From Lama glama (taxonomy: Eukaryota), in the NCBI GenBank assembly GCA_028534125.1, contig CM052824.1:33046001-33110000 (forward strand): a DNA stretch of 64,000 bases, written 5' to 3'. The notes below the pieces were generated by a model. The model was not told where the DNA came from. It worked only from the letters and a program-made list of their open reading frames with translations, and made no database searches. Of this stretch, positions 46,250 through 58,200 are shown in pieces. Both the position numbers and the translations under genes were made by a program. Position 1 is the stretch's first letter. Each line of letters starts with the position of its first letter.

Positions 46250-49200
46250 TCAACGGATGCCTTGGTGGATGAGGCTGCTTTTGGCTGCATTGGCCTTTTC
46301 CCGCTCCCGCCGCCGTGCAGGGTCCAACTCAAAGCAGCGCCACAGCCGCAGGGTCTCATCTGCTGCTGCTGATGCCACTGTAGCTCCATCTGGGCTCATG
46401 GTCAGACTTAGGACCCGGGCTGTGTGACCTGGGGCACAACAGGGGGAAAAGTGAGAGCAGTACCTATGAAGGTAGATACCTGTAGCCCTCCAGGTCTGAA
46501 AGCTGCCTAGCTTTTTTGGTTTTTGGTTTTTTACGACAGCTTTATTGAGATAATTAACAATTCACATACTACAAAATTCAGCCTTTTAAAACATACTATT
46601 CATTAGCTTTTAGTATACTCACGAGCTGTGCAAACATCATGACAGTAATTCTAGAACATTTTCATCACTGCATAAAGAAAGTCACTCCCTACTACTCTGC
46701 TCCCAGCCCCTAGCAACCACTAATGTTCTCTCTCCCTGCATTTGCTGCTTCTGGACATTTCATATAAATAGTCATACAATAAAGGTGGCCTTTTGTGTCT
46801 GGCTTCTGTCACTTAGCACCTACCTTTGAGCTCAGCNNNNNNNNNNNNNNNNNNNNNNNNNNNNNNNNNNNNNNNNNNNNNNNNNNNNNNNNNNNNNNNN
46901 NNNNNNNNNNNNNNNNNNNNNNNNNNNNNNNNNNNNNNNNNNNNNNNNNNNNNNNNNNNNNNNNNATGAGAGAGGGCCAGTGCCACTCAAATCAGAACCA
47001 AGTCCTCTCTGGTGTTAGGCACCCTGCCAGGTGCTATGGACTCAAACTTGAATGTTCGTCATCTTTACAAAAGCCTTTTGAGAGTTGTAACTGTTACCCA
47101 TTTTACAGACAAGGAACCAAACAGAAGGAAGTTCAGCAAGTAGCCTAAGATCACATGTAATTAAGTTAGTAGGTGAGAGAGCCAGGATTTGAACTCTTGC
47201 CCCAGAGCCCAAGTGTTGAGTGCAGGTTGCATGCATGAAGGTGGGAGGAGGGGAAGCCAGAGTGGTTGCAGACAGACCCTCCAGCAAGGGCCTCAAGTAT
47301 TCTGACAGATTTGGATTATACATGGAAGGTGACAAGGTACCATCACCAGGCTGAAGGGGGACAGTAACAGACCACCTGGATCAGTGCAGAGGACAGACTG
47401 GAAGAAACAGAGTGCTGAGACCAGTACTGTGGGAAGGAGGATGAGGCCGAGGGGAGGGGTGAATGATATTCTGAGGTAAAACTGATACATCTTGGTGACT
47501 AGGTGAGGAGGATGAAAGATTCAAGGTTTTTCAAATTTCTGAGTAGTGTCACTCTCAAAAAACGTAGGAGGAGGAACATGTTTCAGGGAGGCAAGGGGAA
47601 ATGACAAGCTTAATTTGGGATATATTAGGGTGGTGCCACCTATAGGACATGGGGTTAGAAATAAGCGGTCTGTGGACTGTTGGAAATAATGGGTCTGGAG
47701 CTCATGAGTGAGCGCTGAGTTAGCAGTTTGGAAATCATCAGGGTATAGAGTTGTGAAGCCACTGGAGGGGACATGGTTGCCCAGGAAGACTATATAGACT
47801 AGGAACACATCTGGGAGTGAGAGGCTGGAGTAAGGAGGACTACCTGGGAATGGGCATCCACAGCACTCAGACAGGCCCCAGAGCAGACATTCCAGATACG
47901 AATGTGTCGATCACTGGTGCCCCCTCCAGTTGCCAGGACATTGGACTGCCAGGGACACCAAGCTACAGCCTAGGTGGGAAAAAGGTGGGGTCAGCAGGTA
48001 CTAGAGTGAGACAAGGAGCTATGTAGGAGTTACAGATCAACCCAGTCCCATCCTACCATCCCATCTCCCCTTAATAGTCCCCAGGTTCTGGGTGAGAGTC
48101 TGCAGAGGCCCCAGCCCAGCCCCACTCTCACCTTGACAGCCCCTTGATGCTGGGTGAATGTCTGCAGAGGAACCCAGCCACCCTCTCCAGGAGCACTGGG
48201 CCACACGTTGACCAAATTATCATTGCCACCACTGGCTAAATGTCGTCCATCTGGGGCCCAGCGCAGCCCACACACTTCCTGGCTGTGGCCACTCAGTGTG
48301 GCCACATGGTGTTCTGCCACCCGAACGTCATGGTGGTGGATGTGGCCAGAGCGTGAGCCACTGCAGGAGGGAAGAGGGAATCAGGTTTTGTGGCAGTGCC
48401 AAATGCTGCCAGCAGCCAGAGTTAGAACTTTGGAAATCATCAGGGTATAGAGGTTCAGTTTGGAGGTGTACAGTCAGTCTGGGAAGAGTGAGCAAAAATC
48501 ACAGACTGATTTTGTAACAGACTAGCAAAATCCACTGACCTGGACAGGATATAGCTATTCCAACAGAGAGAGCCCACTCGGGCAGAATGACTGGTCATGT
48601 TTCGAAGTCGTTTCTGCTGTTGCACATCCCATAGCTACAGAGAGCGAAGACCATTAGGATCAGAGATTGGGATTTGGCATGACCATCCTCCCGCTGTGCC
48701 TGGGTCTGGGGGACAGGGGAGCTGCAGCACAGGGACAAGTCTCACCTGCACCTCAGCACTGCTGGTGCCCACAGCCAGGTAGTTGCCCTCTTTGATCCAG
48801 GATACAGAAGACACATAGTCCCCAGGCTGCTCCATTTGCAGCAGCTGCAGGATGTCACCAGAGCTGGCACTCCACAGGTACACACTGTTGTCCAATGCCA
48901 CAGCGAGTACATTCCCAGAGCTCCAATCCACAAGGTTCAGGTCTGCCAGAGGAGGAAGGGAAGCACATGAGCTACCTTGCTTGCCTAGTTCCTGAGCCCT
49001 CTTTCTCTATCTACTGGACAAGGGGAAGGCTGCACTCACAGTAGTCATTCCGGATTTCAGGGGCATCCAGGATCCGGTCTGGCAGGGAAGGAATGTAACG
49101 GCAGGTCTTCCTGCTAGAGCCGGGTGTGGCCTTCTGGCTATAGAGTACTTTCAGTCTGTTCTGGTAACCTGTGGCAACAGAGTGGGTCTAGACACTGGGA

Positions 49201-49966
49201 GAACTGACACCTCCCCCAGCTCCTCACCTGGAGGGCTGGATAAGCACCTTCCCTCCCCTCAGTCTTAGGTGCCAAGAGCAGACAGGCATCTCCCCTGAGC
49301 CGGGACGATGGAACAACATCTCCCTCCAAGAACTTTAGGTCTTACCCTCTGGGGCATTTTGTGGTTTCCCACTGAGCCGAAGGATCTTGGCTTCCTCTAC
49401 ATCAAAACCGTTCAGGTTCAGAGCCCAGGCTTTCTGATGTTCCTGGCACATAAGAGTGGTGGTGAGGCAAGCGGTGTTATCCAGATTACACAGACAGGTC
49501 CCCTGCCTTAAGCCCCTTTGGGACACATACCTTTTTGGTGGGCGTCTGGCTGTTTTCGGGCTGATTCTCCTTGCTCAGGAGGAAGCTGGCCACCTCCATC
49601 TGGGAAGCACTGCGATGGGGGATATAGCGGTCACCGCCAGGTTTGCTGGGAGTGGTCTGAATCTTGGAGCTGGATTTCCCTGGGGCGGGGAGAGGGAAAC
49701 CAGACAATCTGACCAGGCTCCCGTGGGAGGAGAAAGCATTCAGTCTTTCCCTCTCCCTCCCGGTGTCCCGCCGCACCCCACTGACCGGGAGTTCGGCCCG
49801 GGGTCCTGCCAGCGCTATGAGATCGGTTGGCGGCCCGCATGGGCGAGGGGACGGGCCCCGCGGCTTCCTTGGCTTTGCGCTGCCAGCGCGCTGGGGGTGC
49901 ATTGGGGATGGGTGTATCCAGCTGCAGCAACGAGTGCAGGTCACTCTCGAACACGAACTGGGCCAT
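46250..49966 (-). CDS. CDC20: Cell division cycle 20, APC/C coactivator (499 aa)
   Basis: Exons 49966-49786, 49679-49531, 49442-49346, 49168-49040, 48942-48746, 48634-48540, 48360-48132, 47969-47844, ~46941-46824 (mostly in N-gap; AELK-G end visible; 118 nt assumed), 46428-46250. Motifs: C-box DRYIPHR, KEN box, MAD2-interacting KILR, CRY box, WD40 repeats and C-terminal IR tail (HQGIR*). Confidence 0.98.
46520..46820 (-). mobile_element. L1M 3'-end fragment in the last intron of CDC20
   Basis: CAGCTTTATTGAGATAATT…TTTTAGTATA…CAACCACTAAT…TTCTGGACATTTCATATAAAT…GTCTGGCTTCT is characteristic of old L1 3' UTRs. Confidence 0.7.
46837..46965. other. Assembly gap (129 N) covering most of CDC20 exon 10
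   Basis: Run of N. Confidence 0.99.
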
Positions 49967-50660
49967 GGAAGCGTCTGGACGGGGAGAGGTCCTTGCAGTG
50001 GCTGCCGGCCGAGCTTCGGAGGAAGAGAGATGACCGTGATCTGGGACGCCCGGCCCCACAGTCAGGGCCACCCAGGCCGCAGCTCCTCCTGGCCCGACAC
50101 CCCCGGCCGCGGCCCCACCCCGGCTCTCTCGTCCCAGCTGCCTCTCACCGTCAGCTCACAGCAAGTTCCGATCCCGGACCAGCCTTAACAGTGTGGACTG
50201 AAGCTTCTTAAACTCTCCGCTCCAAGCACTCATTGGCTCCTTCAAAACTCAACTGTCCCAACCGTCGCCCTCTTCCATTGGCCTCCACGGCAGGGGGGCG
50301 GGTCTTCCGGGGGAAGTCACAGATCTCACGGGAGTCCAGCCGTGGAGCGGGATTTGAAGGGTGAGACAGAGGCAAAGGCAGGTCTTAGAGAACCAGTGTC
50401 GGATAGTGGGCGGGGCGGGGCGCGTCTGGGGCGGGGCCTGCGTTGCTTGCATTCCCCAGTCGCTTCCATTCATTCCGCAGCTTCCCCGCACCCGCCCTTC
50501 ATATTTAAACCCAGCCTGTGGATCGTATTTACGATGCATAGTGCAGGACTCGGTGGAATGACCTAAAGCACTTCAGGTGTTTAGAGAAGGTTACAGGCAG
50601 CAGGCGGCCGCTGGCGGGCTAGAGTGGAGCGAGGAGGGGGCTGCGGGGAAAGGAGTAGAC
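49760..50660 (-). promoter_or_regulatory. CDC20: CDC20 CpG-island promoter with CHR and NF-Y elements
   Basis: CHR TTTGAA on the minus strand at 50241-50246 and on the plus strand at 50353-50358. CCAAT boxes on the minus strand at 50232-50236 and 50277-50281. GC boxes at 50294-50302 and 50407-50437. This is the typical layout of a G2/M DREAM-MuvB target promoter. Confidence 0.8.
50149..50215 (-). other. CDC20: CDC20 non-coding exon 1 (transcription start approximate)
   Basis: Donor ACG|GTGAGA at 50149/50148. The next exon begins at 50013 after the pyrimidine tract tctctcttcctccgaAG. Confidence 0.7.
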
Positions 50661-51824
50661 GGAAAAGCTTGGGAGCAGAAACAAGGCCAGAGCATCCACT
50701 GTTTAGTACCAGCAGGAATACTGCTAGGACGGAAGTAGCACGTGTTTGTTTTTAAAAACTGTTTTGTTATTGCTTTACAAACAAGTAAAATGAGGCTGAA
50801 AGAGGGGTGAATCCTTTGGTCCAGAAAAAGAATCAGGATTCAGACTTGCCTATCTGGGAGATAAGATTGGGGTGCCCTGTGAGGGGAAACTGGCTTACCT
50901 CCATGAGGCTTTAGCAGTGTCAGGGATTTTAGAGCTTCACTAGTTTAATCTGCACGTGGTGCACCCTCCCTATCACAGCAACATACCCATATTTTTGGCT
51001 GAAGAAGCCGAGGCCCAGGAAGGGATTTGCCTGAGGTCCCATGGAATCCAGGTCTGACTCCCATTCAGTCCATGCTCTAATAATGACTTAAGTGAATTGT
51101 GTAATATGCTTAGAGGTGAAGCAGCAATAATATAAAATAATGGGTACCATTCTTTGGCCATCTGCTAACTACTGTGTTTAAACAATTTACATACATTACT
51201 GTGTTTAACCCTTAATCTTATAAAGCAGATGCTTATCCTCTTTTTACAAAAAATGGGTCAAGGAAAGGTTAGAAACTTGCCCAAAGGCACATAGCCAATA
51301 ATAATAAGCAGTGAAGCCAAACTATCTCACTAACCCCAGCAACCTAACCATATGCTATACTGTCCTAGAGAGAGGCTAGAAAAATCATGTTTTCAATCAT
51401 TAGGTTAAGATCGACTCTGATGATGACAGAGAAAAATCTGGGGCTCTTAATGCAAACTTAATATTGTTATATTATTATTATTTTTTATTTTGAAGCATTC
51501 ATGTTGTCTATTTCCATTTACCTTGGAAAACAAGGAGTTAGCTGTCCTGGGCTGGAAATAGGGAGTCCCTGAATGTCAGAGAACACAGAAAGCAGTCAGA
51601 CTGGTCAGGGCCTTAAAAGTTAAAGCTAAGTTTAGACTTAATCTGCCAGGATTGTGGAATCAGTGAGAGTTTCTGTGCAGGGAAGGGCCAAACAAAACAT
51701 TTCTGAGGGCAGGACATGGACAGAAATTTGCAGCTTCTGGAGTAAGGGTAGCTGTAGAGAAAAAGAATAGGGTAAATATGCGTACAACCTCAGGGAATTC
51801 GTACATTTAAAAATAAAGGAATGA

Positions 51825-51962
51825 GGGGGAGGGTATAGCTCAAGCTGTAGAAGGCATGCTTAGCATGCATGAGGTCCTGGTTTCAATCCCCAGTACCTCC
51901 TCTAAAAATAAAGAAATAAAGCTAATTACCTCTCTCTTCCCGCCAAAAAAAAAAAAAAAAAA
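51825..51962 (+). mobile_element. tRNA-derived SINE (vic-1-like)
   Basis: Same head and body with a pure poly(A) tail, flanked by AAAGGAATGA / AAAGAATGA. Confidence 0.85.
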
Positions 51963-53013
51963 GAATGAAAGAAGCCATTGGAGTTTCTATTGATCTGGAC
52001 CTTGAAGGGGAAGGAATTCTAATATGATACAAAACGATCAAGTAGGATGATGACAGAAAAGGTCAGAGCTGGTGATTGAGAAGCAAATTATCAGTGAACT
52101 TGGAGAGAGGTGAAGGTGCTCCTGTTCTATTTGGAAGGGGTTACAGAAAGAAGGGCAGGGAGAATGTGGAGGCAGCAAGCACGGGCTACTTGTGTGAGAA
52201 ATACGGGAGTGAGAAAGAGGGCAGTGCATGGGAGCTCAAGGGAATGCCAGCACCAAGATGCCTATGCGTGTTTGAAGGTGAAGGCAAAAGGGCCAGGGGA
52301 GATGGAAGAGGATGGGCAAGGGCCAGCTGGTAGAACCAGATGTCTGGATACCTTGCCCAGGAAGAAAGGGGATAGAAAACACAGGGAGGTTTTTCAGTCT
52401 AGGAAAGAAAGGTCACTTCCTCTTAGGCTGGAGGGAAGGAGAACAAGGCCTTAGAGATAATTAGAGGCTGAGGAACAGTGTAGATGGGGAAACTCCCACC
52501 TAAAGGACCTAAATCCAGGTTAGCAAAGGGCATGGCAGGAATAAAATATAGGTGATATTCGGGGAGTGGAACAGCCCAGTTGAGATAATAATAAAAATAT
52601 CTCAGTAAACACTGAGTATTTACTATGTGCTTGGCATTGTGTTGATACTTTTAATCCTCACGCTAGGGAAATAATGGAAGAGAAAGAGATCAGGTTCTGA
52701 AGAGTCAAGCTAAAGATTTAGAGGTAAGAAGTGGGCAAGGAGAGAGATGAATAGGAAGATCAATTTGGAGGCAACGTACAGATTGGATTTAAGGAGAGAG
52801 ACTGGAGGCAGAGATATTAGGTAGAGGCTGTAGTAATAGCTCAGGTGAGATGGAGAAGAGGAGGCAGAATTCAGGACGTAAAAGTGGTCATGATGGCTGA
52901 ATGGGTGAAGAGGCGAGAGGTTCAGTGGTTTGGATCTCAACCTTAGTTTTGAGTCCCTAGGGACAGAGTCGGAGCCTTGGACATGGCTGGGGGAAGGAAT
53001 TATGGGAAGTGAG

Positions 53014-53983
53014 TATACTGGATGTCATCCATTTGTCCCATCCAGACCTACTCTTCATCCTTCTCTACTCTGCCCTGGGCCCAGTGAGGCTGACATATAT
53101 GACCTGCATCAAAGGATTCCCTTGGGCTTGGGTTTCTATTTGTATTCCACCAATGGGAGGATGTTATGTGTTAAATTGTGTCCCACCCCCTGCCAATTTA
53201 TATGTTGCCTACTTAAGTCCCAGTACTTCAGATTGTGACCTTATTTGGAAATAGGGTCACTCCAGATATAATTAGTTAAGATGAAGTCATTTGGGTGGGC
53301 CCTCATCCAAAATGCTAGATGTTCTTGTAAAATGGAGAAATTTGGACACAGACACATACAGGGAGAACGCCACGTGATGATGAAGGCAGAGATGGAGGTG
53401 ATGCTTCTACAAGCCAAGAAACACCAAAGATTGCCAGGAGACCCCTAGAAGCTAGGGGAGAGGCATGGAACAGAGTCTTCCTTATAACTCTCAGAAGGAA
53501 CCATCCCTGCTGATACCTTGAATTTCTAGCCTCCAGAACTGTGAGAAAATAAATGTCTGTTGTTTAAGCCGCCAAGTTTGTGGTACTTTGTTACGGCAGT
53601 GCTAGAAAACTAATACAGAGGAGATCAGAGGGTGGGGTAGAACAGGCGTGAGCTTTTTATTCCCCTGGCTCAGTCCCTACCATGTCCCCACAGGTTGGCT
53701 GTGGCTCTGCCACAACTCCTGCCAGGCAGCCCTCTCTAGCTACTGTCTCTGGATCTCGGATCTCGGAGCTCATAACCACTCTGTCATCTTACCCCTTGAT
53801 GCCTAGTGGTGGGGAGGGTGGGGAGGGGACCAACTCCCAGCTGTTGTTAGCCCTGGGATACTGCACTATTTCTTGATGGTTTTCCTAACTCCTGCCATAT
53901 CTTTATAAATATGCCGTTTATTAAACTCTCATCAAGATACCCAGACTGAATATATCATCTATGCCAAGATCCTGACTGATACA
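53014..53983 (+). mobile_element. LTR33-like ERVL solo LTR interrupted by MLT1
   Basis: Flanked by a 5-bp TSD GTGAG (53009-53013, 53984-53988) and ends in ATTAAACTCTC…CTGACTGATACA. Confidence 0.6.
53162..53617 (+). mobile_element. MLT1 (MaLR) solo LTR
   Basis: TG…CA ends, internal GACCTTATTTGGAAATAGGGTC and CCAGAACTGTGAGAAAATAAAT motifs, and a perfect 5-bp TSD GAGGA (53157-53161, 53618-53622). Confidence 0.85.
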
Positions 53984-54549
53984 GTGAGTATGTCTGGAGT
54001 CAGCAGAAAATACCACTGGTTTGAGAATTTGAATGGGTCAGGGGAATTCATAACCAGAACGGCCTAAGTGCATTTACCACTGCATATGAATGGCATAAAA
54101 GATGAGGGAGGTCGGCCTGGGGTTAAGGTGGCATTGTCCAGAAAGATTTCCTTCATTGAGAAAACATTTATTGAAGGCCTACCACGCACCAAACACTACT
54201 CTAGGTGCTGGGGGTAAGTGTTGGGGAGGGGAGAAGACAAATAAATCACAGCCTTTGCCCTCAAGGAGCTCACAATCTAGTAACAGAAAACAGATATGTA
54301 AATGGTTACTTGCATAAAGGATCACAGGTACTGTAACAGAAGTCTGGGCTGGAGATAAGAACTTTGGAATGGTCAGTAGAGAGGAAAACAATGAGAGTAG
54401 ATGGGATTGGAAACTGTTACGAATGGACTCTTGAGGGAATGCAATAATTAAAAGGGGAAGAGACTCAAGGTTAAGAGATTAGGAAGGAATAATTATGATT
54501 ATTTAGATATATCAAACACAACACATTCATAGGCAACATGCTTTACTCA

Positions 54550-54730
54550 GATTACCTCACTAAATGCTCTTCACAACCCTATGGGGTTCTATTATTACCC
54601 TTGCTTTATAGATGAGAAAATTAAGACTCGAAGACTTTAGGTTATTTGTCCAAGATTGCACAAATAGCAAGTGGGAAAGACAGGAATTGAACCCAGCTCT
54701 GACTCCAGAATTTATGTTCTTGATTACTAA
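54550..54730 (-). mobile_element. MIR SINE
   Basis: CTTCACAACCCTATG…ATTATTACCC…TTTATAGATGAGAAAA…GGAATTGAACCCAG.TCTGACTCCAGA. Confidence 0.65.
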
Positions 54731-55234
54731 TATACTTAGAGAGACCTGAGCAGAGCCAGGAGAGAGAGTAATTATGCGAGCTATGGTAGGAGAGAATTTA
54801 AAGGAGAAATGGGTAGTCACCATGACAAATGCCAACAGAGAGATCAAATAAATTGAGGATTAACAAGATCCAATTGGATCTTTTTTTTTTCTCTATTGGA
54901 TCTTGCAGTTAGAAAGTCTGAGGAGTCTCATTAGCAGAGTGATAGTGGGAGGGATTAATTGAAGTAGTCTGAGGAGCAAATGGGAATAGGGAAATGGAGC
55001 CTTCTTTTCAGGGAGTTTGGCATTAAAGAGGAGAGAGAAAGGAGGTGAAAGTTACAGGATCTTAGTCAAATGAACCTTGCCTGAGGAGAGAAGGTCCTGG
55101 ATCTATGTCAGTGGCAGTACCGAAAGATCAGTGTTACAAAACCCAGCTAGGAGGATAGACAAGGGGGAGGGAAGTGGGGTCTGAGATGGTTGTGTTGTTG
55201 AGATAGGATGGGTAGGGAAGTTTAGAAGGAAGCT

Positions 55235-58200
55235 CTAGAGGGTTTGGATCTGTCCAGGGTACTGGGACCGAGGGGCCTGCCAACAGCTGAGAGGTAAGTA
55301 GGAATGGTTGGCGATGTGAGTAGTGCAGTAGGACCCCAGCTCAGCCACAGGTGGGCACACAGACAGGGGCATGGTCCCCAGGCAAGAAGGCTGCAATCCT
55401 CTGTAGTCCATCTGGGTTTGGGAGGAACATAGGGGCAAGGGAGTCTTCTCTGAGGTCTTAGGTAGAATTTCAAGGAGGCTGGGTTCCACTTCCTCATAGG
55501 CATCTGAGACTGCAGCCTTGGGCTGGGAGAAATGGAGGTTTGGATTAGAGCAGGTCCTGTGGGAGCAGGACCTGGACTGTGTAGGAAAGAGGGTTTGGCT
55601 GGAGGTGAGTTCTTGGGATGGTATGCTGGTGGGCAAGGGCCTTGGAAAAGTTGTGTAGTGGGGCAAAGATCCAGCTCCAGGCAGGGCTGGTGGTGGGGAC
55701 CTGGGAGGGGAGTGCACTCACCGGATTCAGGCCAGCAGTATCCCTAAGGTACTGGCCGAGGACCCGGTGCAGGTCTGGAAGTGAGGGCCACAGGGCATGC
55801 CTCAGGCTCCTTGAGAAGAAGAAAGAGAAGGAGACTGAGTTGTGGGAGTGAGTTGAGAGGAGGGATGAGAGTACTGAGGTGGGGCAGTGGGGGAGGTAGT
55901 GAGGTGAGGGAGTAAGGCTTGGAGAGGTAACAGTGTAGCCAAGGCAGTAAAGTAAGGTAGAGGAGCACAGGTGGAAGGGAAACCTTAGATGGGAGAGGGA
56001 AGTCAGTGATGGGGAGGTTCAAAAAAGGGGTTTTCCTATCCTCAAACATTCCTGCCTCAGGGCCTTTGCACTTGTATTCTCTGCTTGGAACACTTGATTT
56101 ATTCCCTCACTTCATTTAGGTTTCTGCTCAAATGTCATCCTGCCAGAGAGGCTTTCCTTGACTACCCTGGCTAAAATAGAACTGCCTCCCTTTCCCATTA
56201 CACTGTCTCCTGCTCTGATTTATTTTTCTTTATAGTACTTCACTTATTCTGTATTTATTATATTACTATATATATTAAACATACTAGAGTGTAAACTTCA
56301 TGAGAGCAAAGAGTTTGTCTATTTGCTCACTCTTGTATCTCCAGGATGTAGAAAAGTGTCTAGCCCATAATAGGTGCTCAAGAAATTAGTTGAATGAAGG
56401 AGTGAGGAGAACCAATAGAGCTTAACATTAAGTTGCTGAGGAAGGTGGTCTATCTGGGAAGAACATGAATTAAAGTATATTGGGGGAATCTCCAACTCAT
56501 ATTTCATATTTCCTCATGGAGAGACTTTAGCTGAACAATATTTTAGGCCTCTTCTGTGACCTCACTCCTATCTTTCCAGGGGAGGAGGAGTGATGTATCG
56601 TAAATGGGGAAAAGGAACTGAGTAAGCCTGTTTCCCCAACATTTTTTTGTTGTTGTTGGATCTGGCTCCCTGCATCAAGGCTACAGTCCAGTCTGCTCAT
56701 ACAGATGGGTGGATTAAAAAGCTCAAAGACATGTTCAAGGAGAGATGCGGGCACAGAATAGGGGCATCTCATCTAGCCTAGAGCCATTGAAAGAGGCCAC
56801 CTGGAGGAGCTGCCTTCTGAGCTGAGTCTTCAAAAAGCGAGAGATATTACCAATTGAAGGACTGAGGTGGCGTGGATTCTATCCTTTATGTTTATAACTT
56901 CCAATGACACTTCTCCTCAGCCTTAGTCTTCCCACCTAAACAAGTCATTCATTAGTAACATTTATTTAAGGGTGTGCTATTTGGCAGGCAAAGTGCTGAG
57001 GTTTTAAGGATGACCAGTAAGGCATGGGGAAGATATATAAAGAAATGAATGCAGTAAAATGCTATGGTACTATGAAAGAAGTCCGTACTGGGGCACAAAG
57101 AGAGCAGCCAATAGGGGAGGGTCAGGAAAGGTTTCCTAGGAGTTAGTGAAGAAAGTTATTTAAAGATAAATGGGTATTAGTCATCCAGGGAGGATATTCC
57201 TGGCAGAGGGGACCTTACGCGCAAAGGCACTGAGAAGTAAAACCGCTTGGCTTGTGGAGGAAATCACCAACAGTTTGGCATGGCTGATGCACAGGGTGGG
57301 AGGGTGGAAGTGCTGGGAGCGGCCAGATTTTGCACAGCCTTGTGTCTCATTCTAGAGTTTGGATTTTATCCTGGGGAGCTAATAATGAGATTTAAGGAGG
57401 TGGAGTGACAAGTTCACGTGTGCATTTCAGAAAGATTATTCTGGTGGCTCTGTGAGGCTAGGTTAGGGGAGAGAAGAGGCTCTGTTTCAGTGAATCAGGT
57501 AGTGCTTGTAGAGCTGGAGAAAGGGAGTCATTGTTTGAACGAGGTTCAGGAGGTGGAATGACCAGACCAGAGCAGACTGAGTAGGGGGGAGGGAGGCGCC
57601 TAAGTGTTCTGTCTTGGGTGACAGGTGGACAGTAACCTTGCTACTGGGATGAAGAGCCAGAAGGTGGGGCTATTTGAGGTGTCCAGTATAATGGGCTTGC
57701 TCAAGTGTAAGGAGGCGGTGTGACGCCACGGGATGGATGTAGGATTGTCCAGAGAGCGGGTGTCCCAGAGTGACCTGGGGATGCTCCTTTAGAGGACGCA
57801 GGCCCCACCGGACCGCAGCCCCGTCCCGCGCGTAGCTCTGAGAGGTACCTGTAGTGCTCAGGAAACTGCCACCTCAGCAGCAGCACGCCCAAGAGGGCGC
57901 TGAGGCCCAGCACCAAGAGCAGAGCGGTCACCAAGGAGATCCAGGCTGTGGGACAAAGTAAGTCAGACCTGGGCAGCCCCTGGCCGGAGCCCCGCCCCGA
58001 GGTCCGTCAGACCCCGCCCATGCCCCGCCCCTCGCCGTCCCGAGGCTCCGCGTAGGGTCTGCGCAGCCGCTGCCGGGTGGGGTCCGAGCCCCGCCCCTCG
58101 CTGCGCCGGCGCCCCTCCACTGGCGCAGGCGCAGACCGCCTTTGCCCCGACCCTGCCCTCACCGGTCTCAGACGAGGTCTCCACCCACGCTGGGTCTGAC

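Noticed and set aside
46250-49966. CDC20 or SZT2 as exon-deleted pseudogenes
   Set aside because: The apparently missing exons coincide with N-gaps, their visible 3' ends and donors are intact, and all other exons are in frame.
49456-50211. 251-aa plus-strand ORF antisense to CDC20
   Set aside because: Shadow frame across the CpG island and coding exons, with no independent support.
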